64,000 nt of DNA from the human T2T-CHM13v2.0 reference genome, Homo sapiens: NCBI RefSeq assembly GCF_009914755.1, contig NC_060929.1; one strand, 5' to 3'. The translations under genes and the position numbers were made by a program. The notes below the pieces were generated by a model. That model did not search any database. It saw only the letters and a list, made by a program, of their open reading frames with translations, and had not been told where the DNA came from. This document shows, piece by piece, positions 1 to 17,235 of the stretch. Position 1 is the stretch's first letter, and each line of letters starts with the position of its first letter.

Positions 1-710
1 ATTTCTCCCCTATCTTCCCTGTCTCTCTTTGTGTTGGCCTCATTCTTACTATTGCAGACAGGCTTTCTCTACAAGAGATAAAGTCAGCCATCCTCAGCTA
101 TTCTTCTAGTGCCAGGAACATAGAAGCAACAGCAATTTTCCCTATTGACTCCAATATAGAAAAGTCCCAGACAAGGGCTCCAATTGGCCCAGCTTGAGTC
201 ACGTGTTAATACCTGAACCAACCACAGCAGCCAAGGAGGTGGGGCTCTCTGTCCACATCACTTCATGTGCTGACCCTGTATAAACAGGGAGAAAGCAGAG
301 TCTGCACTGAAGACATAGAAAAGAAGGGGGAAATGTGCTCAGTTGCCAAAGACAATACTACCAGAAGCCTGGAATAATAAATTATGCTATGGCCACCCTC
401 CAATTCACCCCTTATTATCACTGGACTGGATCTTTGGACTTGAAGCCTATAGTCCACTAAGGCAGAAAATAAACTGCCCTCAGAAACAGAATTCAGGGCT
501 CTGTGCCTACTTTTCTCCCTATAATCATTCCTTAAAATTATTTTAACCACCCTGATATGGAGCAGCCCTGGGAATATGAGGGAAATCAACCCAATAGATA
601 TGTACTTTTAAGGAAAAGCATTTTATTATACTTAACTTCCCATTCTTTTACCAACATACAAATATTCTTATTGCACTCTCATAGAGCTTTTGGTGTTCTA
701 GACACTGAGA

Positions 711-1001
711 TTTTATTTTATTTATTTTGAGACAGTGTCTCACCCTGTTGTCCAGACTGGAGTACAGTGGTGCAATCACGGCTCACTGCAACCTTGACCT
801 CCCAGGGCTTAGATGATCCTCCCACCTCAGTTTCCCAAGTAGCTGGGACTACAGGTGTGTGCCACCACACTCAGCTAATTTTTTGTAGAGATGAGTTTTG
901 CCAAGTTGCCCAGGCTGGTCTTGAACTCCTGGGCCCAAGCAATCTGCCAGCCTCAACTTCTTAAACTGATGGGATTACAAGTATGAGCCACCGCGCCTGG
1001 T
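711..1001 (-). mobile_element. Alu (old, AluJ-like)
   Basis: T-rich tail at 711-728 followed by reverse-complement Alu body (gagacagtgtctcaccctgttg...gagccaccgcgcctgg). Confidence 0.9.
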
Positions 1002-1411
1002 CTTGGTTGGATACAGAGATTTTAGAGGCTTTACTGGCCATGGCTGAATTTACACCTAATCCTCAAAGATGATATCTTTTGTGAGCTGGATCGTAGGATT
1101 GTAGAGATAGAAGAAAACCTAGAGGTCATTTATATCTAAATTGGGTGAAAGTAGCAATGACATCCCAGGTGATAGACATTGGGGCCATGGGTGTTGCAAT
1201 TGTTGCTACTGCTGTTATAGTTGAATGTGTGACATAAATGTCACATGTATGAATATGTAATCTTGTGCCCATGCCCCACTTGAGGTTATAGCACCTAGAA
1301 TTGAAAAGAGGGTAGTCCAGCCTGCAGGAGAAGAGGGAGGGGATCCCCTCACTCCTTTGCCATGCCACACTTTTTAATCAATGAAACCTAAGTTAACATT
1401 AACTTTGTTTA

Positions 1412-1896
<485 letters not shown>

Positions 1897-2306
1897 TAAG
1901 TTAACTCTGCTGACAGCCATTGTACACAACTGATTTATACTATCTTCACTGCCAACTACATTTCCTGTCTTCTTCAGATTTGTCACAGCTACTTATCCTG
2001 TATACATGCTATTGACTTTAGGACACATGTAGTGGCCTTTACATGTAGTCTCTTTAAAACAATTCTTGCTATACTACCAAGTTTAACCAGCCTAAGACTT
2101 AGGATCTTGATTTGACCATTTAATTTATTCTATTTAATTTCACATCATCCCAAATTTGATAAACGTGCATACAACATCCTCAACCAAATCACTGTAAAAA
2201 GAATTAAAGAAAAAGGCCAAGAACAACCCTAGACACATTCCTCCATTTGATATCAATCTATTAAATAGCTATTGAGACAATTATCAATATACATAATTAC
2301 ACTTAC

Positions 2307-2424
2307 ATCCCAGCCCCAATATCACTTCATCCAGAAGTGTATTATGAGAGACCTTCTGAAGTGCCTTGTTCAAACTCAGATTTCCAAGTTCTCTGCCCTT
2401 TCTAGGTCTGGAGGTCTGGACACC
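2307..2424 (-). other. Candidate cryptic/alternative 118-nt exon (EPB41L4A strand)
   Basis: Acceptor cttttttctttaacag|G at 2424 and donor T|gtaagt at 2307; open in phase 0. Confidence 0.45.
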
Positions 2425-3538
2425 CTGTTAAAGAAAAAAGTTTGCTGTGACAAGTGTCAAACCCAATCTGGCTTCTCATGAAGTAGGTGCTACTGCCTCT
2501 AGGGACTACTCACCCATTCATCTGATAGGGTCTTACAGAATCGAGACCACATTCACTATTGTAGACCAAAGTTTATTGAAATTACTACTCCCCCTTTTTA
2601 GAAATGTCAAGCATCGCGATCCTCAAACTTCTGCCTTTCAGCCATTCTTGGGCTCACCATGATTTCTGGGAAGGTTTCATATTCTCAATTTCAAGTTCAG
2701 AAATATAACTCACCCATTTGACAGACTTCAGATCTCTAATGGAACAGCTGCAATTCTCTTTCAGTGGCTAAAACCAAATACTAACATTAATACATGAACA
2801 GCCCACTCATTAGAAACCCAGGTTTTGTGTTTAGTGCTGTTTGAGTAATTCTGTGTCCCACAGGAGCAGAGGATCTTCCAACGCTGTTTGCGCTCCCCAA
2901 AGACTCTTGCACCATCAAGCTAACAGCAAGGTTACTGACGGAAACAGATTTTTCTAAAAATATCCTTGGCAATGTGTGGACATGAAACACATGCCACATA
3001 TATTTAGTCATAAAAATATAAAAAATTTATTTTTGTCTAGCAACTATTTATTTCCAGATGTGTGACTAAGCACAGCAACCAAATCATACCTGACTTAAAA
3101 AAAAATTAAGACCAGTCGAGCTGCCTAACCACAGAAGAAAGGTCTATTAATAATTTAACCCTCGTTGCTACTGGCAAGCTGGCTGCAGACTGAAGCACCA
3201 GCTTTATCCTCCTGGTTAGCTTAGAACATAGAGTCTGCAGTACAGGAATCTTACCACTCAAAGATGTTTCATACTTGTCTGAATTGGAATGCATAAGATG
3301 TAACCTTAACAGGTCTTTTCTATTAATTAGACGAGACTTTTATTTAAAGAAAAGCCTCACCTTGGAAAAACAAGTATGAAAAATATAAAAACCAGGTTTA
3401 AAACACCTGGAAAATGTGGTGATTCTACTCCAATATGACTATTCAGTTGTTCATTTATTCCAATTAAAGTGTAATCCTGTAATGTGTAAAGTGTAATGTG
3501 CTGCTCTAAATTAGTGTGGGTTTTGTGCTTGGCTTGTA

Positions 3539-3552
3539 CTGCCACCTGGTGG
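3539..3552 (-). promoter_or_regulatory. CTCF motif
   Basis: Minus strand reads CCACCAGGTGGCAG, matching core consensus CCASYAGRKGGCR. Confidence 0.65.
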
Positions 3553-3589
3553 TTTTCTACATGTAGTAACATCAGACCCAGGAATGTCT

Positions 3590-3735
3590 TGAATTAGTAT
3601 TCATTTAGCAGTCTATTCAGTATCTCTGTCATTGACAAGTCAGCACTTCAAGTACGATCTATAAAATGGTGGTGGAGAAGAGATTTTACATAAAATCTGT
3701 GTTATCAAATTAAGACAAACCACACCTTATTTAAT
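3590..3735 (-). repeat. Inverted repeat copy B (probable donor)
   Basis: Reverse complement of 1706-1850, embedded in non-Alu sequence. Confidence 0.95.
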
Positions 3736-3783
3736 CACATCATTTTTATGTGAACACATTTAGCATAAAGATTAGCAAATCTG

Positions 3784-4080
3784 AGCCGGGTGCGGTGACT
3801 CACGCCTGTAATCCCAGCACTTTGGGAGGCCGAGGCAGGCGGATCACCTGAGGTCAGGAGTTCGAGACCAGCCTGGCCAACATAGTGAAACCCCTTCTCT
3901 ACTAAAAGTACAAAAATTAGCCGGGTGTGGTGGCATGTGCCTGTGGTCTCAGCTACTTGGGAGGCTGAGGCAGTAGAATCACGAACCCGGGAGGCAAAGG
4001 CTGCAGTAAGCCAAGACTGCACCACTGCACTCCAGCCTGGGCAACAGAACGAGACTCTGTCTCAAGAAAAAAAAAAAAAA
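3784..4080 (+). mobile_element. AluS
   Basis: Full dimer with polyA; TSD AAAGATTAGCAAATC on both sides. Confidence 0.95.
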
Positions 4081-4085
4081 GATTA

Positions 4086-4690
<605 letters not shown>

Positions 4691-5099
4691 CAAAAGTAGT
4701 TTCCATAGGTTTCTTTGATATGTTTTAGAATTCATGTTTCTCTTTTGTGAAATGTCTCTTTTTGACTTTGGCTCTGATGATTTCCCAGTGTTCATATGGA
4801 TAAATGTGAATATTTTAAAATTAGGGTTATATTTCTTTTAATTACATTTATTATAAGAATTTTACCAATTGATACATGGAATTTTCTTTAATTATTACTT
4901 TAGTGACAGAACAGTTTTAGATTTTCCCAAATCAAGACTACCAATTATTTTCTTATTCCATTTTTTTATTTATTTTTTAAATACATTTTATTCTGAAAGG
5001 TAATATTTGTTTTGAAAGGTAACACTTTCTCATGGTTCAAAAGGGAAGAAAAGTCTCTGTTACTTCATCATTCATTGTAACCAGTTTCTTGCCACCTCT

Positions 5100-5640
5100 G
5101 AGAAACAGCCATTGATTTTTATGTTTAGTAAGTTTTTTTTACAATAAAATATTTTCACTTAGCCTTTCTATCGTGATTTTTTCCATTTAATTTTTAAACT
5201 ACATAGACATTATTTTGCTTTTTAATATCAAGTAAATCTCTTTTTTGTTTTTTCCAAATGGCAAATCACTGTTGCCAGCAATGTGTGTTGGATAAGTCCT
5301 CCCTCCTCTGCTGATTTGGGATATTTACTTTAAGACTAAGGTCCAGCATACACTAAGAACTGTTTCTGAGTTATATCTTCCATTTCATTGACAGGGAATG
5401 CCTGTGCAATTACCATGCTAATTTAATTATCTTGTAAAATTCAGAATATTTCATATCTAGTATTTTAAAAGGAGTTAATACTCCTTCACTACTATTTTTC
5501 TAAATTGTTCTGGGTGAATTTGTGCAGCAGCAATAGAAAAAGAATTGTTCTGGCTATTCTCATCATCTTATTATTTTAAACGAACTACTGAATATAATTT
5601 TGTCAGGTTCCCAAAGAATTAGATCAAGTTACTTTAAGAA
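5100..5640 (-). mobile_element. Ancient L1 (L1ME-like) fragment
   Basis: T-rich antisense L1 ORF2 3'-type sequence (cctgtgcaattaccatgc..., ttctggctattct). Confidence 0.55.
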
Positions 5641-5649
5641 AGAGACTCT

Positions 5650-5961
<312 letters not shown>

Positions 5962-7399
5962 TTATGAATTATTTTGGAAAGAATTGTTACGTTTATACAT
6001 AGCTTGTTAGTTGAAAAAGCAGGATTAGTGATAAGCCCTTCTAATGTTCTTAAACTGGATAGTTTTTCAAGGAACAAATTGAAAAAACCTCAAAAGGTGC
6101 TTTGTGCCTGCAATATGGCAGTAGAGCTACGCAGAGAAATCCTATAATTCAGAACAAATAAAAATACTGGATAAAATATTTTAAAATATTGTTCTAAATG
6201 CGTGTCTGAGTTGGCTGAAAAATATGGGACGTCCTGAGAGGCCACAAATAAAAAATAACAGGAATCCAAAGCAAGTTCTGGAGCTGGGATTTGCCTGGGA
6301 CATTTGCTCACCCCAGTGGCTTATTGCTTAGGCTTCATAGGGCCACTTGGGAGTTAGGAGATAAGACATGAGGCCTGTGCAAAATGTGATAGGATTATGA
6401 CCCACGCATAACGTCTGTTCCCTGAAAGGTAACATCCTCAGTAAGTGAATGGAAAGGAGGGAGATCACCCTACAGAAGAGAAACAGTAGGGATGATTAGC
6501 CTATGTAGTATGAAAAATGATAAAACAGGGAGGAAAGTTTTCCTTGAAAATGACTAACACCAGCCCTCCCTCATGTAGGATGGGGTAAGAATTTACACTT
6601 ATGTGTAGTCTGAGTGCTCCCAAGTCAGTGATACTCCAAGTACTCAGCAAAAACAAACATAAAGGCTTTCTAGAGGAACAGACTCAAATGGTTATCACAA
6701 ATTAATTTCCAAACAACATCAGTTCACATTGAAAAAGAAAATGACAAACCCACGAGAAAATGGGCAACAAGTGACAGTCAGCTAAAACAGAGTTAGACCC
6801 TGTCAATCAGAGTATCAGAGTATTGAATAGTGTGTTTCATCTATTTCAAGACATAAAAGAGGGTGCATAACAAAAAAGCAAAAGATATCCTAAATTACCT
6901 ACATCTTTGAAAAAAAACAAAGGGAACTCCTAGAAAAATAATGTATAATAACTGACATTAAAAACTCAGTATTAACAGCTGAAAAGAGAATTAGTGAGTT
7001 GGAAGATAAAGCTGAAGAAGACAAACACCAAGTCTCTGATTCAGGAATCCCAGTTAATCATAGCTAGGTTAAATAAAAAGAAACTCACATCTACTCATAT
7101 TGTAATAAAATTCAGATCATCCAAGAAAAAGAGAAGAAAAGACAGATTATTTGGCAAGGAACAACCATTAGACTGACCTGTGACTTTTTCCATAAAATGT
7201 AAGGCATATTCATTTTATATATTCACTCTTATTATAGGAAGTAATAGTTTCAAAGTGCTGAGAGAATACAACCATTAATTTAAAATCATGTACCCAGCAA
7301 AATCCCTTTCAAAAATGAGAGTGAAACAAAGACATTTTCAGACAAATAAAGGCTATGAGAGTTTAGCATGAGTAGACCCTCACTAAATGAGCCTATAAG

Positions 7400-7560
7400 C
7401 AGTGTTTCTCAAACATTAATTTGCATATGAATCACCTGGGGGGTTTGTTAAAATATAAATTGCTATTCATTATGTCTGGGGAGGGATCTGAGATTCTGCA
7501 TTTCTAATAAGCTCTCTAAGTGATGTTGATGCTGATGGTCGAAAGATTGCAATTAGAGTA
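7400..7560. mobile_element. MER5A-like hAT DNA transposon
   Basis: cagtgtttctcaaac...gaatcacctggg...gagattctgcatttctaataagctc. Confidence 0.8.
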
Positions 7561-7776
7561 GAAATATTTTCTAAAGTATATACTTCATTAAGAAAAAAAT
7601 TATCTTGAATAGATGGTCTGAGATGCAGGAGAGAATGATGATCAAAGAAGTGGTAACCCGTAAAAAAAGTATTTAATGACTATAAATCGATAAGAATGTC
7701 AAATTTGTGAGTTTAAAAATATACAATAATAGAATTAAAATACTGAACAATAGCCCCTAAGTGGGGTAAAGGGTAG

Positions 7777-8526
<750 letters not shown>

Positions 8527-8820
8527 TGAGAATTCCTGAAAAACTATAATTTGGCTACATATAACTTCCATACTATGACAGGAGAAAAATATTAAATAAA
8601 AACAATTTTTAACAAATCCAATACAAGACCAAAATATAAAAAAAGAAAAGAGAAAAAAAAACATAGAAGAAAGAGAGATGAAATGGAAGAACAAAATAAA
8701 ATGGTAGAAATTAAAACAAAGGTATAATATTTACATTAAATAAAAGTGAACCAAATATTCTAAGTAAAAGATTATAAAACAGAATCTTTTAAAAATCCAA
8801 TCTTATGATATTTACATTAC

Positions 8821-9152
8821 TGCTATGGTCTGAATGTTTATGTCCCTCCAAAATTCGTATGTTGAAATCTAACCTCCAAGGTGATGGTATCAAGAAGTGG
8901 AGCCTTTGGGTGGTGATTATGTCATGAATGGGATTAGTGCCCTTATAAAAAGGCTTGAGGGAGCCTGTTAGCCCCTTTCACATTGTAGGGATGCAGCAAG
9001 AAGGTGCCATCTGTGAGGAATGGGCCCTCACCAAACACTGTGGCACCTTAATCTCAGATTTTCCAGCCTCCAAAACTGTAAAAAATAAATTTGTGTTGTG
9101 ATAAATTACCCAGTCTAAGTTACTTTGTTATAGCAGGAATGGACTAAGATGA
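8821..9152 (+). mobile_element. MaLR solo LTR (MLT1A/MST-like)
   Basis: tgctatggtctgaatgtttatgtccctccaaaattc...tttgttatagcag...gactaaga. Confidence 0.85.
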
Positions 9153-9391
9153 CAATGACATAGCTATACTATAAGGACACAAAAATGGAAAGTAATAGGA
9201 GGAAAAAAGATAAAGCACACTAATACACACCAATAAAAGTTCATGTGAAATCATGAAGAAAAAAATTCTCGAAGCAAAAAAAATTACCAGATTCAAAGAT
9301 TACATATTAATGGAAATTTAATTATCTAGGAAGATATATCAATTGTATGAATATGGATGCAATATAATAACATAATTTCAAATATATACAG

Positions 9392-10247
<856 letters not shown>

Positions 10248-12744
10248 TTATAAAAAGTAACCACCTATTATGACCCAAAACAAATTTCAAAAAATCAAAA
10301 TCTTATAGTTTTATTACTTATTATTTATTATTAAAAATAAATAACAAAAATATAACTTACATTCAAAAAGACTCCATACAGTGAAAATTAAAAATGTATC
10401 TCTAAATAACTCAAAAGTCAAAGAAGAAAATGCAAAAATACTTAGAAACAGATATGTAGCTGGCACACACCAATATGGCCAAGTTAATTGGTAAAACATT
10501 GAAAAACATTTAAATATATTGGGAAGTACTGTAATAATAAGTATTAGAAGAGGTAAAATTAATTAATAATGTAAGTGTGGATATAAACTGGCTAATTTAA
10601 ACTACATATACAATATTGCAATCCCCAGAGACAAGTGGATCTTCCACTACTGCGGCATTAGAGAGCATTCACAACACTATCCTCCAGTTCACCTGACTCA
10701 TAGTAAGCTTTCTAGCACCAGTGAATACACTCTGTACAACGCACTCAGGGCTTTACGATGATCATTAGGTTTTCATTTTGCTAAAATTATATAGTTCCCA
10801 CTACTTATAAATGTATTTTTTGTACTTTGGACATATGCATGTGCACTGTAATTCTTGTGTAAGCAGTAATTGTTCAGCATTTTGATATTTAACATTCAAT
10901 AATTTACGCAATGATTTTAAACATTATCTTAAAATCAAATGCCCACAATAAAGAGATAGTTTTTTCTTCAATACTCTTTTTACATATAATTTACATGACT
11001 CTTCTAAATCTCCAGGGAAATTTTAAAAGATATGATATTAATAATGAGGCACAGCATGAAAAAATTATATTGTGCAAAAATTGGAACAACATGGAATGTC
11101 CATTTTACACTGTGCAAGCATAAATAGCCCCCACAAAATTTTTTTAAATCTGAAATAAAATATAACTTAATTAACAAATGTGGAGTGATTCATCATTGCT
11201 AAAGTGACATAAATGCTGGACATAAATTGTGCTAACAGAAAAAGTAACATCAATACAGTTTAAAATACTAAATAATTACTAATAAAATTCACAATCCTCT
11301 GGCACACATTAAGAATGAAAAATAAACATACCTGAAAGAAAAGCAGAGATTTCAAAAGATAATCAGATACTGTAAGGAACAACTTCCTAACAACAAATTT
11401 AAAAATGTGCAGGAAATGTATACTTTTCTAGGAACTTTAACTTAACAAAACTGACCAAAGAACTAGAACACCTGAATGGTCCTATGTCCATTAAGGAAAC
11501 TGAAATCAGTAGTTTAAAATTGTCCCACAAAGAAAATACTAGACTTAATCTTAAAAGTGGAATTTTTTAATTAAGAAAAAGAATGCTGACATTACACAAA
11601 AACTTTCAGGTAAGAGAAAAAGAGGAATAGTTCTTCAGATTACTTTATAAAGCTAGTACAGGCATATTCCACAGATTTATATTTTCCCAGAAGTTACCTC
11701 TTGTATTTAGGACCACAACATCACAAAACATATGTATCTCTCAAACAACATTTCAGATGATATTTACATAGAAAAAAATTATATTTTAGCTCCCAAAACT
11801 CAATGCAACATTTTTAGCAACAACCAAAAAAAAAAAAGTGTATCAAATGCTTTGAGATACATCACAAACACAATTAGTAATATGACAGCATCATGTGTCA
11901 GCATATCCAAAAGCATCCTGAATATCAGTGACAGGGATGTTCCACACAAATGCCACTGATGATACAAGAGGCATTACTGTATCATCCTCAGTGTGAATCA
12001 TTCTCTGACACATTTCTAGAGTGACTTTCATATTTCTTCCCCACCACCACATCTTCCTCCCTAATTATAACAATGAGACTGAATAAAAGTCAAGAAAGTG
12101 TTAAAGAACTTTATAGAAAAGGAAGCAAAACAAGCAGAAAAGCAATTACAATGAAAGAAACTATATTACAGCTAACAAAGCAATTATTTGTCAACAACTA
12201 TATTATTTGGGGGCCAGGAAGCAAATTTAATATAGGTTTACCATATTTTACTTACATTTTAGGAAATTAGTTTGGGTTCACAAGTAATCCATTATAATTT
12301 TGCCATTTAAAATAAAGAGAAATGGGCTCTGTTTTTGATCAGAACGTCTGATTTTCAGAAACAAATTATTAATGTTAAGTAGATATGTATATAATTTTAA
12401 TATCAAATTTTTAAAACAGTATGAAAAAAATAACTATAGTCTCATCCATAAACAGAACTGCAGTAACTCTAAACAGAATACTTTTTGAAATGACAAGTTT
12501 TGTTTCTTCCAGAAATGCAAAATTGGTTTAATATCAGAAAATGTATTAATGCAATTCACCATAATAACAAAAAAAGAACCCATATGTTCATCTCAATAGA
12601 AGCAGAAAAAATAATAAAATTCAACATTCATTCTTAATTTAAAAAAAACTATTAGCAATGTAGAAATAGAAGGAAACTTCCCTAACCCAACAAACAATAA
12701 GAAAGGCATAAAAATGACACACACACCATACACACATGCTGAAA

Positions 12745-13151
12745 CATTAGGAGTATTGGCTCATGCAATTATGGTAGCTCAGAAGTGCTAAGATGCTGTC
12801 TCTAAGCTAGGGGCCCAAGAAGGCCAGTGGTATAGCCAGAGAGCAGGTGGTGTAGATTCCAAAGGCCTGAGAACCAGGAGAACTGAGGGCAGAAGATTAA
12901 CGTTCCAGCTGATAGAGTCAGGCAGACAGCAAGCGAATCCTTTCTTTATCCCGTTTTTTGTTCTATTGAGGCCCTCAAAGGATTAAGTGATGCCACCCAC
13001 ATTGAGGAAGTACATCTCCTTTACTCAGTTTATTGATTCAAATGCTAATCTCCTCTGGAAACATCCTCAAAGACACACCCAGAAATAATGTTTAGCTAGA
13101 TGGCTGAAGATCCTGTGATCCAGAGTTGATACATAAAATCGACTATCACAC
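12745..13151 (-). mobile_element. MLT2-type ERVL LTR
   Basis: ttggctcatgcaattatgg...aatgctaatctcctctggaaacatcctc...gttgatacataaaatcgactatcaca. Confidence 0.8.
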
Positions 13152-13872
13152 ATACCATTTTCATATAGATGTCAACTCTCCTTCAGTTGATCACAGATCC
13201 AATGCAATTCCAATAAAAATCCCAACAATCTTTAGATTGTGAAGTTCAGTGAAAAGATGATGAAATATGGCTTTAGCAGTACAATCCTGAAGACAAGCGT
13301 AATCAAACAATGACTACCAAAAAGGAGAAGGAGTCCAAGTGAACCAGTTCAATTCATTGAACTTTACAATCTAATTCTAAAAACTATGTGCAAGAGAAAA
13401 GGGACAGTAATAGCCAAGACTTCCCTGAAAAAGATCATGGTGTCTGCGTGGTGATATGGATGTGGGAGGGCAGGGTATTTGCCCCGAAAATATAAAGACA
13501 TTATAAAAAATATAGTAATTGAGACAGCGTAATATTGACACAGGAGAGACAAATAGACCAGTAGGACAGAATAGAGAGTGCAAAGGTACATCCATGCAAA
13601 AAGAAAAAAAAAAACAACCTGATCTATGATGATGGTGGCATGGTAGATCTGTGTAGAAAGGATGGGCTATTGATAAACCACCTTAGAGCAACTGGTTATC
13701 CCTAGAACTCACTATAAGCAAAAGTCAGCTTTATATGGATTAATTATTTTAAAATGAAATGTGCACAAGTTTGTCTGCAAAATCTCGTTTCCACTCCTAA
13801 TGAGAAAATCGAGATGGGACAAGAAATGGTGGAGTAACAAATAAAGCTCACTTACTCTCTACCCCTTATAGG

Positions 13873-14292
13873 TTATATTAGGTTTCTCTTGCTACCATAA
13901 CAAATTAACACAAATTTAGTGGCTTAAAACAACATACATTCATTATCTCACAGCTCTGTAGGACAGAAATCCCTGCTCCTTTGCTGTCAGCTGAGGGTTA
14001 TTCCCAGGTACTAGAGGCTGCCCATATTCTTTGGCTTGTGGCCCCTTCCTACATCTTCAAAGCCAGCAATGGAGGGTTGAGCCCCTCTCATGTCTATTTC
14101 TCCTGCCTTCCCTTCTGCCAAATCTCTAACTCTTCTGCTACCTTCTTCCATTTTTATCCCCCTATCTCAAGGTTCCTAATATTAATCACATATGCAAAGC
14201 CCCTTCTGCTATGTAATGCACCATATTCACAGGTTCTGAGAATTAGGACATGAATATCTTTTGGGGAGAGATTATTATTCTGCCTTCCACAC
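13873..14292 (-). mobile_element. MLT1-type MaLR LTR
   Basis: acaaatttagtggcttaaaacaac...attaggacatgaatatctttt...attattctgccttccaca. Confidence 0.85.
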
Positions 14293-14981
14293 AGGGAAAC
14301 CCAGGTTGCTTCACATTTGCACTACCACTGTGTGGCTTGAACATCCTTACACAGTGCCTCAGCCCAGCAGGCAAGGAGGAAGCAGAGACTAGGTAGAAAA
14401 TATCCACTATCTTCTTCTCATGTCCTTTCTGCTTACCTGTACTTAGTAATTGGGTTTTCTGTACCAGGATTCAGGAGGCTGAAGCAGACAGGGGAGAGGA
14501 AGGATTTTGAATTGATTTCCTAAAACCTAACACTGATCCAGTAATTGGAACAAATGCCTTCCTCTGCCTAATTTTGGAAAGTTTAGGGAAGAGATACAAA
14601 GGGAAGAAGAGAAAAGAGGAAAGTGGGAGCAATAATGTAAAGCCATTAGAAGAAAAACAGCATGTTTCCCCCTTTCATAAGAACTCAATACAAGAAGGTT
14701 CCATATTTGGGGTAGGGGTAAAAGAGAGGAAATGTCTAGCTCATTTGAGTCATTTATTAGATGTCATTATGTACCACACACAATGCTACGTGATTCCACA
14801 AACCTTTCATAATTCTTTAAACTAACCCATATAGTACATGTGTGTAGTTATTACCTTTAAATGAGGAAACTCAGGCTCACAATGGTGGTCACATACCTAA
14901 GGGAACAAATATCAGAGGTAGATATAAACTAAACCTATATATGCTGGCTGCCCCAGTCCAAGAAAATTTCCTCTCTCTCAC

Positions 14982-15341
14982 TGCATTAGTCCATTCTCAT
15001 GCTGCTGCCAATCAAGACATACCCGAGACTGGATAATTTATAAAATAAAAAGGTTTAATTAACTTACAGTTTAGCATGGCTGGGGAGGCCTCAGGAAACT
15101 TACAATCATAGCGGAAGGGGAAGCAAACACATCCTTTTGCACATGGCAGCAGGAAGGTGAAGTGCCAAGCAAAGATCTGGTGAGATCTCCTGAGAACTCA
15201 CTCACCATCACGAAAATAGCATGAAGGTAACCAACCCTATGATTCAATTACCTCCCACCAGCTCCCTCCCACAACACCTGGGGAGTATGGGAACTACAAT
15301 TCAAAATGAGATTTGGGTGAGGACACAGCCAAAACATGTCA
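14982..15341 (-). mobile_element. THE1/MST solo LTR
   Basis: tgcattagtccattctcatgctgct...gagatttgggtgaggacacagccaaaacatgtca; near-TSD ctcac/ctgac. Confidence 0.9.
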
Positions 15342-16154
15342 CTGACTTTCCCTAGCAAGAAGGCAAGACTAAGGCATGTTATAATCCCCACACTGTGCCT
15401 TTCGCTGTCTTTAAAGGACAATCTTCGTGTTACTGCCTTCCTTCTGCAAACTTCCTTTTGCCCCAGATGTTACAGTGACTTCCTAATGAAGTCTGGAGTT
15501 ACTTACCTTCTTGTAATAATTATACATTTACTAATTCTGTACAGTCATTTTCTCCAGATTGATTTGGTTATTATTCATGCTAGTCCTTGTGTGATGACCA
15601 CTGGGCTGTGAGCCTGAATTTTCTTTTTTATTTAAACCACTTTATTGAGGTATGATTGAGATACAAAAAGCTGTATTTAATGTATATAACTTGATGTGTT
15701 CGGAGATAAGCTCCTTTTCTTCTCTTTCCTTCTTTCTTTTATAGAAGTAGGCTTCAAAGAAACAACGAAAGGTGCTAAAACTGGTCTCTGGATGAATCTC
15801 TGCTAGGACTTAGAGAAACATGGAGACCTAGTTGTTATCATACAACTTGTCTTGCTGCCACTTGTCCTGTCCCTTCAAGGAGTTATGGTTATCAGGAAAA
15901 AAGCCAATTAACAAACTCTGCTTAATTTTTGTGGTGATAATTAATCAACTCTAAGATTTCAGCATAAAATCCCAACACCTTGCCCTGTGTGACAAGACCC
16001 TAAGTGCCTTGCTCCTGCCTGGCTCTCCAGCTGCATCTTGTCACTCTACACTCCTTACTCGACTCCAGCCACACTGGCCAAGGCCTGCTGTCTCCAGATC
16101 TTGCATAACCGCCTTCACACATCTGCTCGGAGTTCACTTCCAGTCTTCCTATTC

Positions 16155-16742
<588 letters not shown>

Positions 16743-17235
16743 CCCTATGGCATGACCCTCTTTTGCTGCCCTCCTGGCACTTACATTGTAGAATTTCAGC
16801 ATCCGGGCTCACTTGGTCAGTGGCCTACTCACCCAAGCAGAATGTACCACAGAAACCTTGCCTGGCTCACCCACACCTGATTCCCAGGCACTCAGGCCAG
16901 GGCCTGGAGCATAGTAAGTGCTGACTAAATATCTTTCGAATGAATGACTCTACTCTTCCTCAGCTGGACTCATGAATTCTGTCGGGTCCCAAAATACGTG
17001 GTCTAAAGTCCTTTGGGCTCCTGCCGCTGCCAGCACTGATCATATGCTCTTGACCCTGGTCGGGTGGGGGGATGTCTGGATACCTCCTCTGTGGAAAGAA
17101 CTGGCCACACATCCGCAGAGGTGACTCGGGCTGAGAACCCAGGCTCCTCCTCCCTTTGGTGACACGCCCCTCGGTCCCTCACTGGCACTTCTCCCTCCGG
17201 CCACACGGCGGCGTCTCGCCATAGCGCAGCGGCCG

